A stretch of 64,000 nt of DNA, taken from Alphaproteobacteria bacterium. Its GTDB lineage: Bacteria; Pseudomonadota; Alphaproteobacteria; Paracaedibacterales; CAITNM01. Under the pieces are notes generated by a model that saw only the letters and a program-made list of their open reading frames with translations, had not been told where the DNA came from and ran no database searches. This document shows positions 10,006 through 19,065 of the stretch, piece by piece. The position numbers were made by a program, and so were the translations under genes. The stretch is from the NCBI GenBank assembly GCA_037138055.1, contig JBAXJB010000002.1, positions 4,968 to 68,967 of the forward strand, given 5' to 3'. The number at the start of each line of letters is the position of its first letter. Positions within the stretch are counted from its first letter, which is position 1.

Positions 10006-11307
10006 ATGACTATAATAAAAGTTTCAAATTATTTGGTTAATGTGTACGCGCAAGCTGAAAATGTAGCGGTTTTTTCTGTTTCTGAGCTTTCCCAGCTTTT
10101 AAAGCGAGCTGTTGAATCGCAATTCGCACAAGTATGTGTGCGCGGTGAAATCTCTGGATTTAAGTTGCACAGCTCTGGTCATGCTTATTTTGCACTGCGT
10201 GACGCTGATTGTGTGCTCGATGCTGTTATGTGGCGTGGAACAAAAACCACAGCCCCTCTTCAAGACGGGCTAGAAGTAATAGCCACTGGTAAACTGACCA
10301 CCTACGGCGGACGTTCAAAATACCAAATGGTTATTACCCACGTCGAAGCTGCGGGGCAGGGTGCCCTACTTAAAATTTTGCAAGACCGAAAAATCAAATT
10401 GCAAAAAGAAGGCTTGTTTGACAGAAAACGTGAACTACCCAAATTCCCTAGTACTATTGGTGTAATTACGTCGCCAACGGGTGCGGTTATCCGTGATATT
10501 TTACACAGGATTAGTGATCGCTTTCCTTGTCATGTATTGGTTTGGCCAGTGTTGGTGCAGGGGCCGGGGTCATCTGATCAAATAACAGCAGCAATTAAAG
10601 GCTTTAATAGTCTAGCTCAACGACCAGATGTGCTAATTGTGGCCCGCGGTGGTGGCAGTCTTGAAGATTTGTGGGCATTTAACGAAGAAAACGTTGTGCG
10701 TGCTGCAGCTTTTAGTGAAATTCCTATTATTTCCGCTGTTGGCCACGAAACTGACACAACCTTAATTGATTTTGCATCTGACAAGCGCGCACCAACGCCT
10801 ACTGCGGCTGCGGAATTTGCTACGCCTGACCAGCAAAGCTTGAAATTATTCATTAGTGAATCAGAAACCAGGCTGCAACGTATTACTTTGCAGACTCAAG
10901 AACGCTATAAGCTAATGCTGGAAAACCTAAGTCGCAGAATTCCTGATTTACCGTCAATTGTACTTGAAAAAAACCAACGGCTAGATGAATGGTTTGAACG
11001 CTACGTTCGTTCCAGCGTGGTGTTTTTGGAACGCCAAGAGAATCAATTAGAAAAAATCACTAAACCTTTAAGCTTTGCATTTGCAAAGTCTTTTTCAGAA
11101 AAAGAGCAGGCCCTGAAATGGCAGGCTATGTTGCTTAATCAAAATTCCTTCCAACGAACCTTAGAAAAGGGATTTTGTTTGGTTGAAGGAGACAAGGGCG
11201 TGATCAGTTCAGCGCAAGCATTAAAAGCTGAAAAAGAAGCGAACATTCATTTTGCTGATGGCAAGGTTCGCGTGCAGCCCGTTAAAGAACAGAAAACATT
11301 GTTCTAG
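10006..11307 (+). CDS. xseA: Exodeoxyribonuclease VII large subunit
   Basis: 433 aa with an OB-fold N-terminus ([22 protein letters not shown]), [29 protein letters not shown] and [14 protein letters not shown]. Confidence 0.9.
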   Translation: MTIIKVSNYLVNVYAQAENVAVFSVSELSQLLKRAVESQFAQVCVRGEISGFKLHSSGHAYFALRDADCVLDAVMWRGTKTTAPLQDGLEVIATGKLTTYGGRSKYQMVITHVEAAGQGALLKILQDRKIKLQKEGLFDRKRELPKFPSTIGVITSPTGAVIRDILHRISDRFPCHVLVWPVLVQGPGSSDQITAAIKGFNSLAQRPDVLIVARGGGSLEDLWAFNEENVVRAAAFSEIPIISAVGHETDTTLIDFASDKRAPTPTAAAEFATPDQQSLKLFISESETRLQRITLQTQERYKLMLENLSRRIPDLPSIVLEKNQRLDEWFERYVRSSVVFLERQENQLEKITKPLSFAFAKSFSEKEQALKWQAMLLNQNSFQRTLEKGFCLVEGDKGVISSAQALKAEKEANIHFADGKVRVQPVKEQKTLF

Positions 11308-11396
11308 CGCACTAAACTTATTGCTTTTTATTGAAATATAGATGATGGTATGTAACAAAAAAATTTTTGATTTAAACAAAAATACAGGGGGTTTAT

Positions 11397-12269
11397 ATGA
11401 TAAAAAAAACAACATTTTTAATAATTTTGGGTCTGCTAAGCATAAGTCAGTTGACCGCTTCAGAAATTTTGCAGGGGCTTGTGTTAGAAACACCAATTAT
11501 ACGTGGTACTGTGGATGATTATGTTGCCAGACGCGGAGATCAACCAAGTAAGCTAGTTCTTGGTGCAGGACATATTGAAAATCCATATGCGCTCCATCCA
11601 AAATATCAGCCAGATGGTAATAATAGACTTACGGAAAGTTTACAAAGCGGTTATGAGTTTCATAAACATGAAAGATGGTATGCATTCAGCGCTGAAACAG
11701 ATGGACCATTTGGTTCTGATATGGTTGGAAATATTCGTATTCCTTCTCATCAGGAAATGATTTTTGTTCCTAATACTTGGGATATAATTTGGGATGAGTC
11801 TTATCACCCAAGTGTGTTGTCAGCGCAAAATCTTTTTGAAAATGCTTTTGCTTCTATGAAAACTGGAGGCCTTTTTGTGTTTACGCTGCCCATTTATAGG
11901 GTTTCTGATTACATTGCTACGGGACATGTTCCTAGGGTTCCTGATTACATTGCTACGCGACATGCCCAATTTAATGAAAAGTTAGCTTACCAAAATATAT
12001 CTAATCATTTTACTTCGTTAGAAGACGTTGAAGAATTTGTTAGAAGAAATTTACAAATTATTGGTTTCTCAGAAGTCAGTATGCATAAAGGTGCTTTACT
12101 GAAAGCAGCAGGAGTTGATTTTATAGGGGATTTTCCAAAAGAAAATATTGCCCATATTTTGAGTTCGGCTACTACTATAGCTGCTAATCCAGGTACAAAT
12201 CCTTTGCTTGCGATAGATGAGATTTTTGCGCATACAGGTGGCATGTATTATTTTGTTGCAAAAAAATGA
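11397..12269 (+). CDS. Secreted hypothetical protein, paralogue A of a tandem pair
   Basis: 290 aa with a signal peptide (FLIILGLLSISQLTA). Weak resemblance to the class I methyltransferase fold (KLVLGAGH, WDIIWDES, MKTGGLFVF). Internal 12-aa tandem repeat RVSDYIATGHVP/RVPDYIATRHAQ. Confidence 0.6.
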   Translation: MIKKTTFLIILGLLSISQLTASEILQGLVLETPIIRGTVDDYVARRGDQPSKLVLGAGHIENPYALHPKYQPDGNNRLTESLQSGYEFHKHERWYAFSAETDGPFGSDMVGNIRIPSHQEMIFVPNTWDIIWDESYHPSVLSAQNLFENAFASMKTGGLFVFTLPIYRVSDYIATGHVPRVPDYIATRHAQFNEKLAYQNISNHFTSLEDVEEFVRRNLQIIGFSEVSMHKGALLKAAGVDFIGDFPKENIAHILSSATTIAANPGTNPLLAIDEIFAHTGGMYYFVAKK

Positions 12270-12428
12270 AGAAGAATTCGTAACAATAGCTGGTGCTGTT
12301 TTTCTTACAGATGGTTATAGAACAGAAAACATTATTTAGAGCGATAAATTTATTGCTTTTTGTTGAAATATAGATGATGGTATGTAACAAAAAAATTTTT
12401 GATTTAAACAAAAATACAGGGGGTTTAT

Positions 12429-13301
12429 ATGATAAAAAAAACAACATTTTTAATAATTTTGGGTCTGCTAAGCGTAAGTCAGTTGAATGCTTCAGGAATT
12501 TTGCAGGGACTTGCGTTAGAAACACCAATTATACGTGCTACTGTGGATGATTATGTTGCAGGACGTGGAGATGAGCCATGTAAGCTAGTTATTGGTGCTG
12601 GACATATTGAAAATCCAGATGCGCTCCATTCAGAATATCTGCCAGATGGTGGTAATAGCCTTACAGAAAGTTTACAAGGCGGTTATGAGTTTCATAAACA
12701 TGAAGGATGGTATGCATTCAGCGCTGAAACAGATGAACCATTTGGTTCGGATATGGTTGGTAATATTCGTACTTCTTCTCATCAGAAAGCGATTTTTGTT
12801 CCTAATACTTGGGATATAATTTGGGATGAGTCTTATCACCCAAGTGTGTTGTCAGCGCAAAATCTTTTTGAAAATGCTTTTGCTTCTATGAAAACTGGAG
12901 GCCTTTTTGTGTTTACGCTGCCCATTTATAGGGTTTCTGATTACATTGCTACGGGACATGAGTGTGACGAAGAAATTGATCATCCCCAATTTAACGAAAG
13001 CTTAGCTTACCAAAATTTATCTAATCATTTTTCTTCGTTAGGAGAAGCTGAAGAATTCGTTAGAAGTAATTTACAAATTATTGGTTTCTCAGAAGTCAGT
13101 ATGCATAAAAGTGCTTTACTGAAAGCAGCAGGAGTTGATTTTATAGAGGATTTACCAGAAGAAAATATTGCCCATATTTTGAGTTCCTCTACCACTATAG
13201 CTGCTAATATAGCTGCTAATCGAGGTGAAAATCCTTTGCTTGCGATAGATGAGATTTTTGCGCATACAGGTGGCATGTATTATTTTGTTGCAAAAAAATG
13301 A
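12429..13301 (+). CDS. Secreted hypothetical protein, paralogue B of a tandem pair
   Basis: 290 aa, roughly 85% identical to paralogue A by eye. The central ~170 nt is identical to copy A. Carries a 12-nt tandem ATAGCTGCTAAT duplication near the 3' end. Confidence 0.6.
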   Translation: MIKKTTFLIILGLLSVSQLNASGILQGLALETPIIRATVDDYVAGRGDEPCKLVIGAGHIENPDALHSEYLPDGGNSLTESLQGGYEFHKHEGWYAFSAETDEPFGSDMVGNIRTSSHQKAIFVPNTWDIIWDESYHPSVLSAQNLFENAFASMKTGGLFVFTLPIYRVSDYIATGHECDEEIDHPQFNESLAYQNLSNHFSSLGEAEEFVRSNLQIIGFSEVSMHKSALLKAAGVDFIEDLPEENIAHILSSSTTIAANIAANRGENPLLAIDEIFAHTGGMYYFVAKK

Positions 13302-13412
13302 AGAAGAATTCGTAACAATAGCTGGTGCTGTTTTTCTTAGTGAATGTATAGCAAAAGCCGTGTGCTCCCCCTTGCTGCACAAAAGGAAATCAAGTATTCT
13401 TCAATAATCCTT

Positions 13413-13503
13413 TGGAGAGGTGGCCGAGCGGTTGAAGGCGCACGATTGGAATTCGTGTATACGGTTAAACGTATCGAGGGTTCGAATCCCTTCCTCTCCG
13501 CCA
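13413..13503 (+). tRNA. tRNA-Ser (anticodon GGA), CCA encoded
   Basis: Acceptor GGAGAGG/CCTCTCC; anticodon stem CACGA/TCGTG with loop TTGGAAT; long variable arm; T-loop GGTTCGAATCC. Confidence 0.95.
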
Positions 13504-13598
13504 TCTGTCGTCGCTAAATTCTAACGCCTTAATTCTTATTGAATTTTCCAAAACAACTCACTATAGTAAACTCACATACAATAAGAGAGTGTTACATT

Positions 13599-14024
13599 AT
13601 GTGGGTTCGTTCATATAGCAAAGTTTATCCAAATGTTTCAGCACAACAAGTCTGGAAACTATGGACTGACATCAATCAATGGCCTTCTTGGAATGCTGAC
13701 CTTGAATACTGCAAACTTGAGCAACCATTTAAAGTTGGTAGCGTCTTCAAACTTAAGCCAAGGGGTGCACCAGCAGTACAAATTTCCCTTGTCGAAATTG
13801 ACCATGAAAAAATGTTTACCGATCGTACGAAATTTTTGGGTGCAAAAATGTATGGTAAACACGAAATGCATCTTGAAAAAAATGGACTTCGCCTCACAAC
13901 CACTATAACAGTGACTGGAATGCTAAAATATTTATGGATTGCGCTAGTTGCACAAAAGATTGTTGACAAATTTTCCGTACAGATGGATACATTAGTACAA
14001 CTGGCCCTTATTCAAAAAAGATAA
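13599..14024 (+). CDS. SRPBCC (polyketide cyclase/dehydrase-like) family protein
   Basis: Typical SRPBCC N-terminus (VSAQQVWKLWTDINQWPSWNADLEYCKLE). Start set at the internal ATG (MWVRSY). Confidence 0.6.
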   Translation: MWVRSYSKVYPNVSAQQVWKLWTDINQWPSWNADLEYCKLEQPFKVGSVFKLKPRGAPAVQISLVEIDHEKMFTDRTKFLGAKMYGKHEMHLEKNGLRLTTTITVTGMLKYLWIALVAQKIVDKFSVQMDTLVQLALIQKR

Positions 14025-14028
14025 TCAT

Positions 14029-14853
14029 ATGAAAAAGCTTTTGTACACAGTGCCTTTTCTGCTTCTACTGATAGGTGGATATTTCTTATGGCCCTCCTCT
14101 AAACCGGTTGTTTCTAATTTGAATCAAGCAAGGTTAATGCTTTCAGAACTTCGCGGGGGTGATTTTACTCATGCGGGTGATAGAGAGGCTGTCGATATGG
14201 TCATAACTAAAATAAAACAGGAAGCTTCAGAAGTTCTGAACGGCAATTGCTTAGATGTTGGTTGTGGTTTTGGAGGAACAGCTGATTACTTAGTAAAAAA
14301 TGGCTTCAAACATGTTTGGGGCATAGATATAGACCCAGCGGTTATTAAATATGCAAAAAGTAAGTATAAGGGAATTGAATTTTCTGCCGTAGATGCTGCT
14401 TCAGTCAGTTTGAAATTTGATCGAGACTTTTTTTCATTTGTATACCTATTCAATGTTTTGTACGCAATTGAAGATAAAGTTACAGTGCTGCGCCAATTAG
14501 CAAGGGTTTCTAAACCAGGCGCCTTTTTAATGATTTTTGATTACAGTGTAGAAGAAACCACCGAACCATTACTTGATCTGACTGGAAAGCCTATGCGACC
14601 AGTTTCAATGAAAAAAATAAAACAGCAGTTGTACGAATCAGGCTGGGAAGTTTTGGAAGTGCGTGACCTAAGCGAAACGTTTGTTGTGTGGTATGAACAA
14701 CTTCTTCAAAAACTTGAAGATAAAAAGAAGGAAATAAAAGGGCACTTTTTAGAAAAAGATATTGCCAAATTTTCGGCGACATATATACACATATTACATC
14801 AATTACGCCACAAAATTCTGGGTGGCGTGTTAATTTATGCAAAACGCATTTAG
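14029..14853 (+). CDS. Class I SAM-dependent methyltransferase with an N-terminal membrane anchor
   Basis: Motif I CLDVGCGFGGTADYL, acidic loop GIDID, post-I AVDA, and LKPGG-like SKPGAFLMIFDY. Confidence 0.8.
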   Translation: MKKLLYTVPFLLLLIGGYFLWPSSKPVVSNLNQARLMLSELRGGDFTHAGDREAVDMVITKIKQEASEVLNGNCLDVGCGFGGTADYLVKNGFKHVWGIDIDPAVIKYAKSKYKGIEFSAVDAASVSLKFDRDFFSFVYLFNVLYAIEDKVTVLRQLARVSKPGAFLMIFDYSVEETTEPLLDLTGKPMRPVSMKKIKQQLYESGWEVLEVRDLSETFVVWYEQLLQKLEDKKKEIKGHFLEKDIAKFSATYIHILHQLRHKILGGVLIYAKRI

Positions 14854-14870
14854 CGCAGGCACTTGCCCAA

Positions 14871-15317
14871 ATGGCCAAAACGTCTTTCGGGTTTGAAGAG
14901 CCACAACACAGTCCAGGATTTTGCTTGTGGCAAGCAACGGTTGTTTGGCAGCGATTAATTAAAAAAGCTATTGAACCCTACGGCGTTGCTCACGCGCAAT
15001 TTGTGCTTATGGCAATTCTTTTGTGGATTGAAGAACATCATAAACAGTCAACCCAAGCGGTGCTTGTGAAAATGTCAAAGCTTGATAAAATGACTGTTTC
15101 TAAAGCGCTGAATACACTTAGTGACAAAGAATTCATTACAAGAATTGAAAGCCCTAAGGATTCTCGTACCAAAGTCACACATCTAACAAATAAGGGCAGG
15201 GCGCTGATTCAGCAACTGGTACCAATTGTTGAAGCAGTCGATGCGCAATTTTTTGGAGGCTTGGAAAAAGCTGGCCAAAAACAACTTACTCAAGCGTTAG
15301 CATTACTGGTGGAATAA
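14871..15317 (+). CDS. MarR-family transcriptional regulator
   Basis: 148 aa with a winged-helix segment (MSKLDKMTVSKALNTLSDKEFITRIESPKDSRTKVTHLTNKGRAL). Confidence 0.8.
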   Translation: MAKTSFGFEEPQHSPGFCLWQATVVWQRLIKKAIEPYGVAHAQFVLMAILLWIEEHHKQSTQAVLVKMSKLDKMTVSKALNTLSDKEFITRIESPKDSRTKVTHLTNKGRALIQQLVPIVEAVDAQFFGGLEKAGQKQLTQALALLVE

Positions 15318-15760
15318 TGAACACGATCTTTTTTAAAGTTATTGCTTACGAAACATCAGATTATGAAGCTTCAGTCGCATTGCGACAAGAAGTATTACGT
15401 ACCCCACTAGGACTAGTATTTTCCCCGGAAGAACTTGAAAAAGAAGCACATCACATTCACCTAGTTGGTTTTAGTGATAACAAGCTAATCGCCACGGCTA
15501 GTTTAGTGCCAGAACAGTCTGCTTGTAAAATGCGGCAAGTGGCTGTGCACCCATGCATGCAAGGGCAAGGTATAGGTTCAAAACTGGTTGATTTTTGCGA
15601 AAGTCATGCAATCGAAAAAGGATACCAATCTATTCATTGCCATGCGCGTGACTACGCTGTGCCTTTTTATACAAAAAAAGGATACGTAAGCGAAGGTGGG
15701 TATTTTATGGAAGTGAATATTCCTCACCTACATATGAGAAAAGTATTAAGTGCACTTTAA
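15317..15760 (+). CDS. GNAT-family N-acetyltransferase (ElaA-like)
   Basis: Acetyl-CoA motif A (RQVAVHPCMQGQGIGSKLV) followed by FYTKKGY. The start overlaps the marR stop. Confidence 0.85.
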   Translation: MNTIFFKVIAYETSDYEASVALRQEVLRTPLGLVFSPEELEKEAHHIHLVGFSDNKLIATASLVPEQSACKMRQVAVHPCMQGQGIGSKLVDFCESHAIEKGYQSIHCHARDYAVPFYTKKGYVSEGGYFMEVNIPHLHMRKVLSAL

Positions 15761-16432
15761 AAAATGTTGCCGCTCGGCTTCAGGAAATTTCTCAATTGCA
15801 TAGCGCAACATTGTGCGGGGCATGGTTGCAGCGTGTTGGTTTAAAAACGTCTTTAATGGTTCAACATCTCTTTTGCCCATTTCCCGTAACATCCACCCAA
15901 CCGCTTTATGAATTAAATCGTGAGAATCCGTAAGCAATATCTTTGCCAATTTTAGCGTCCATTCGAGTTCATTCATTTTTATAAAATACCACGTTGCAAC
16001 AATCGCAACTCTGCGTTCCCACATAACCGTTGAATTTGCTAGGGTATGCAAAATGTCTTTGTCTTTTTTATGCAAATGTTTGCCTACAATTAAATGTGCC
16101 GAGGCATCAACCAAATTCCAATTGTTTACCTGTTGAATATTATCCATGTAAAACTGGTAGACGGCATCTGGTTCAGCTGCGTATCTATTGGTTAAAATTA
16201 TTAATGCAAATAAGCGTTCTTCATTAATTTTTGAATGCAGCAATACGTGTAGGTTATCTAAGCCAATACGTTGAAAGTCTTTAGCTAGCTTTCTAAGTGT
16301 TGGCACAGATACGCCAATAAACTGATCATGCTCTGCATAGTCACCAGGGCCTGTTTTGAAAAATGTACCCTGTGGAGCTGGTGTGCTTTCAGCAATCTGT
16401 TTTAATTTTAATGATACACTAGCGTGACTCAT
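15746..16432 (-). CDS. DNA alkylation repair protein (AlkD-like HEAT-repeat glycosylase family)
   Basis: AlkD-like blocks: FIGVSVPTLRKLAK, NEERLFALIIL, VNNWNLVD, WERRVAIVATWYFI, HDLIHKAVGWMLRE. Start set at an internal ATG to limit overlap with lolD. Confidence 0.7.
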   Translation of the reverse strand: MSHASVSLKLKQIAESTPAPQGTFFKTGPGDYAEHDQFIGVSVPTLRKLAKDFQRIGLDNLHVLLHSKINEERLFALIILTNRYAAEPDAVYQFYMDNIQQVNNWNLVDASAHLIVGKHLHKKDKDILHTLANSTVMWERRVAIVATWYFIKMNELEWTLKLAKILLTDSHDLIHKAVGWMLREMGKRDVEPLKTFLNQHAATMPRTMLRYAIEKFPEAERQHFLKCT

Positions 16433-17090
16433 GTAATTTGCCATCTTTAAGCTCAACAAAGCGGTCCATAGAATGTGCGAGTGCATGATTATGGGTCGCA
16501 ATAATTGCGGCAATTCCTTGGTCTTTGACCAGCTTTACTAGCATACTAAACACTTCAGATGCAGTTGATGGGTCCAAATTCCCCGTTGGTTCATCAGCAA
16601 GTAGTATTTTGGGGTTGTTTGCCAGGGCACGCGCAATGGCCACTCGCTGCTGCTCACCACCTGATAGTTGCTTTGGGCGGTGTTCCAACCTATGACCTAA
16701 GCCTAGCGTCTGCAGCAGCTCACAAGCTCGGTTTTTAGCCGCTTGTTTGCTAACGCCAGCAATAAGTTGTGGTAACATCACGTTTTCCATAGCACTAAAT
16801 TCGGGCAACAAATGGTGAAACTGATAGACAAATCCGTAGGTATGACGCCTCAATAGGGTACGACTTTCATCGTTCAGCGTGCGAGTGGACTGCCCTTGAA
16901 CTTGTATATCCCCGCTCTGTGGTTGCTCTAAAAGACCCACCAACTGCAAAAGGGTGGTCTTTCCTGCACCACTATTACCAACCAACGCAACAACTTCTCC
17001 GCCATTAACATTTAATGAACAGCCATTTAAAATGTTTAAAGTATTGTCACCTTGCGTGTATGAGTGTGAAATATTCAAAATTGAGAGCAT
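16419..17090 (-). CDS. lolD: Lipoprotein-releasing ABC transporter, ATP-binding protein
   Basis: Walker A GNSGAGKTT, ABC signature LSGGEQQRVAIARA, Walker B ILLADEPTGNLD. Size (223 aa) and sequence are typical of LolD. Confidence 0.8.
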   Translation of the reverse strand: MLSILNISHSYTQGDNTLNILNGCSLNVNGGEVVALVGNSGAGKTTLLQLVGLLEQPQSGDIQVQGQSTRTLNDESRTLLRRHTYGFVYQFHHLLPEFSAMENVMLPQLIAGVSKQAAKNRACELLQTLGLGHRLEHRPKQLSGGEQQRVAIARALANNPKILLADEPTGNLDPSTASEVFSMLVKLVKDQGIAAIIATHNHALAHSMDRFVELKDGKLHESR

Positions 17091-17176
17091 GCGTTAAAGA
17101 AAATTAAGGGTACTACATTGACTTTTTGCACAAATTCTTGTATTTATCAACCGTGCAAAAATATGGAGTATGAAAA

Positions 17177-18481
17177 ATGTTAAGGTTTCGAATGAAGATG
17201 TTGTCTAAAGAGAATTTAATGGCCAGAACAAGTGATATAGGGTCTTGTTTGGGATTGTTAGCTAGAAAAATATTGACTGTTGGGTTTGTTATTGGTGCGT
17301 TTAGTGCAAATGCAATGGATGATGAGTTTTCTAATTATAGCCATCAAAAATCTCAAGTTGTGGGAACAAAGTATAAAAAAGAACGTGATGCATTTAAAAG
17401 TCAAGTAGGAGCGCTTCAAGAACAACTATCAAAGCGGTCAGCATCTTCATCTGAAGAAGATGTTATCGCTACAAAAGAAAATCTAGGCAGTGCTTTAAAT
17501 GAGGGGGGGCCTTTTGATAGTCCGATTAAAATGCTTAACTCTCGCGCAAATGCAAAAGATACGCCAGGTCGCGTTACACTTAGAAGAGAAATTGTAGCGT
17601 TACAATTAACTGGCAACCAAGCTGAAGATTTGGCTATGGTTCTTCAATTGTTTAAGCGTTATGCAGATAGAAAAATAGCAACAAGTGACTCTACTGCTTT
17701 GGTCAGAAGAAGTGGTGAAGCACAGCCAGTTATTGTCGACTTAAGTGATATTTTAACTGCACTAAATTATGCTGCAGCCGGCGTTTTTGGTCAGCAAATG
17801 CAGTCACTATGCAAGCAATTTTATGTGCCAGCTTCTCTAGTACAGCAAGCTAAAGCTCTAACAATAGATTTTGATCAAATTGCAAATAAATATATAAGAA
17901 AAGTAAAAGCAGCTCTTTTCCCAGAAGGAAAAATTTGGCAAAGAATTCAACCATACCAACCAGAGATTCTTGATAACGATGTTCTTTGCCAAATGATAGA
18001 TATCACCTTACATGAAACAGCAGGTCAATTCACTATCTCAGAAAAAGTGGAAGATATTTTTGATGCAAAAGAAGAGCTTGCTGCTCAACTGTTTAAAACA
18101 ACATGCTCTACATTTTTCAATTACATGCGTGGTAATGCTAATAAAAAAACTTCAGCGCTTTTTGGGCGAGGAGATGACATTGATGTAGAAGACCTTCGCG
18201 AATTGCACAGAGAATTATCGAATATTTTTGATTCAAAATCATTACCTTCTTTTAGAGTAACCCATACACAAATTGATTTTGGCACTGAAAGAGTTCGACA
18301 TTTTTCTGCAGATTCTCCCAGAATAGCTATGTGGGGATGGGAATTTCCGCTACTAAACACTCTTATTCAAAATGCTATGTGTCCCACTGGGCCACATCGT
18401 CCTTTGCTAGAGACTGGTGGCGCATCATTTGATAGTAGTTCTTCAATTCACCGAATAGCTGAGAGGGCAGAGGAACTTTAA
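17177..18481 (+). CDS. Hypothetical protein (ORFan, membrane-anchored or secreted)
   Basis: 434-aa ORF with a hydrophobic segment (ILTVGFVIGAFSANA) and no recognisable domain. The exact start among several N-terminal Met codons is uncertain. Confidence 0.5.
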   Translation: MLRFRMKMLSKENLMARTSDIGSCLGLLARKILTVGFVIGAFSANAMDDEFSNYSHQKSQVVGTKYKKERDAFKSQVGALQEQLSKRSASSSEEDVIATKENLGSALNEGGPFDSPIKMLNSRANAKDTPGRVTLRREIVALQLTGNQAEDLAMVLQLFKRYADRKIATSDSTALVRRSGEAQPVIVDLSDILTALNYAAAGVFGQQMQSLCKQFYVPASLVQQAKALTIDFDQIANKYIRKVKAALFPEGKIWQRIQPYQPEILDNDVLCQMIDITLHETAGQFTISEKVEDIFDAKEELAAQLFKTTCSTFFNYMRGNANKKTSALFGRGDDIDVEDLRELHRELSNIFDSKSLPSFRVTHTQIDFGTERVRHFSADSPRIAMWGWEFPLLNTLIQNAMCPTGPHRPLLETGGASFDSSSSIHRIAERAEEL

Positions 18482-19065
18482 CTAATACTCTGGCTTTCTT
18501 TCGCCAACGTTTGGCAAAGATCCTTCACTTTTTTTGCATCCATGGCCGCCAAAATTAGGGCGGCCTTTTTCTTGCCCATTCGCTTCACAATCTCTTTTAA
18601 AATGGGCATATCCATTAAATTTAAAATATTGGCAGCTAGCTTAGGTTTCATAACACTGTACACTTTTACCAAGTCTTCGAGCTGCTTTTCATCTTTTTCT
18701 TTAAGTTTATCTAGCATTTTTAATAGGTCTTGTTTTAACAAATCAAAATGCTTTAGTTTTTCATTCATTGAAGACTCAGCCGCTTTTAATAACAAGGCTT
18801 GCTGCTTTAAAGCTTCTTCCCTTGCATTAATTTCCTTTGACCTTTTTGCAAGCTCTTGAAAAAGAACTATTTCTTCTGGCGCGCTTTCATTTAAAGGATC
18901 AAATGTTATCTTTGCTTCTTTTGAGGGCTTAGTTGTTTCTTGTTTAGAAGCTTCCACAGCGGGCTTTTCATTGCTAGGGGCAGCTGAAAGCACAGTGGCA
19001 AGAACAGCTGTCTTTGTCATTCTCGCAAAAGCGGGAATCCACATGTTAATAAACTCCATTCTCAT
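18478..19065 (-). CDS. MotE/MgtE-N-like flagellar motility protein
   Basis: 195 aa with a signal/anchor, a coiled coil, and a C-terminal MgtE_N-like segment (VYSVMKPKLAANILNLMDMPILKEIVKRMGKKKAALILAAMD). Last gene of the fliL-fliM unit. Confidence 0.5.
   Translation of the reverse strand: MRMEFINMWIPAFARMTKTAVLATVLSAAPSNEKPAVEASKQETTKPSKEAKITFDPLNESAPEEIVLFQELAKRSKEINAREEALKQQALLLKAAESSMNEKLKHFDLLKQDLLKMLDKLKEKDEKQLEDLVKVYSVMKPKLAANILNLMDMPILKEIVKRMGKKKAALILAAMDAKKVKDLCQTLAKESQSIS

Larger units (their letters stand above)
11286..13351 (+). repeat. Diverged tandem duplication: two units of ~1033 bp (11286-12318 and 12319-13351)
   Basis: Each unit holds a copy of the last ~21 nt of xseA, an identical-looking upstream region, a 290-codon ORF and ~50 nt of 3' flank. 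The ATG-to-ATG period is 1032 bp. Confidence 0.9.

Noticed and set aside
11221-12528. Two similar minus-strand ORFs (91 and 114 aa) across the start regions of the tandem paralogues
   Set aside because: They are similar only because they lie in the duplicated DNA. They are antisense to the signal-peptide and promoter regions and have implausible composition.
14871-15760. MarR-GNAT overlapping pair as a GNAT-type toxin-antitoxin system
   Set aside because: Known GNAT toxins pair with small RHH/DUF1778 antitoxins. This GNAT looks ElaA-like and its partner is an ordinary MarR regulator, so it is more likely a regulated acetyltransferase.
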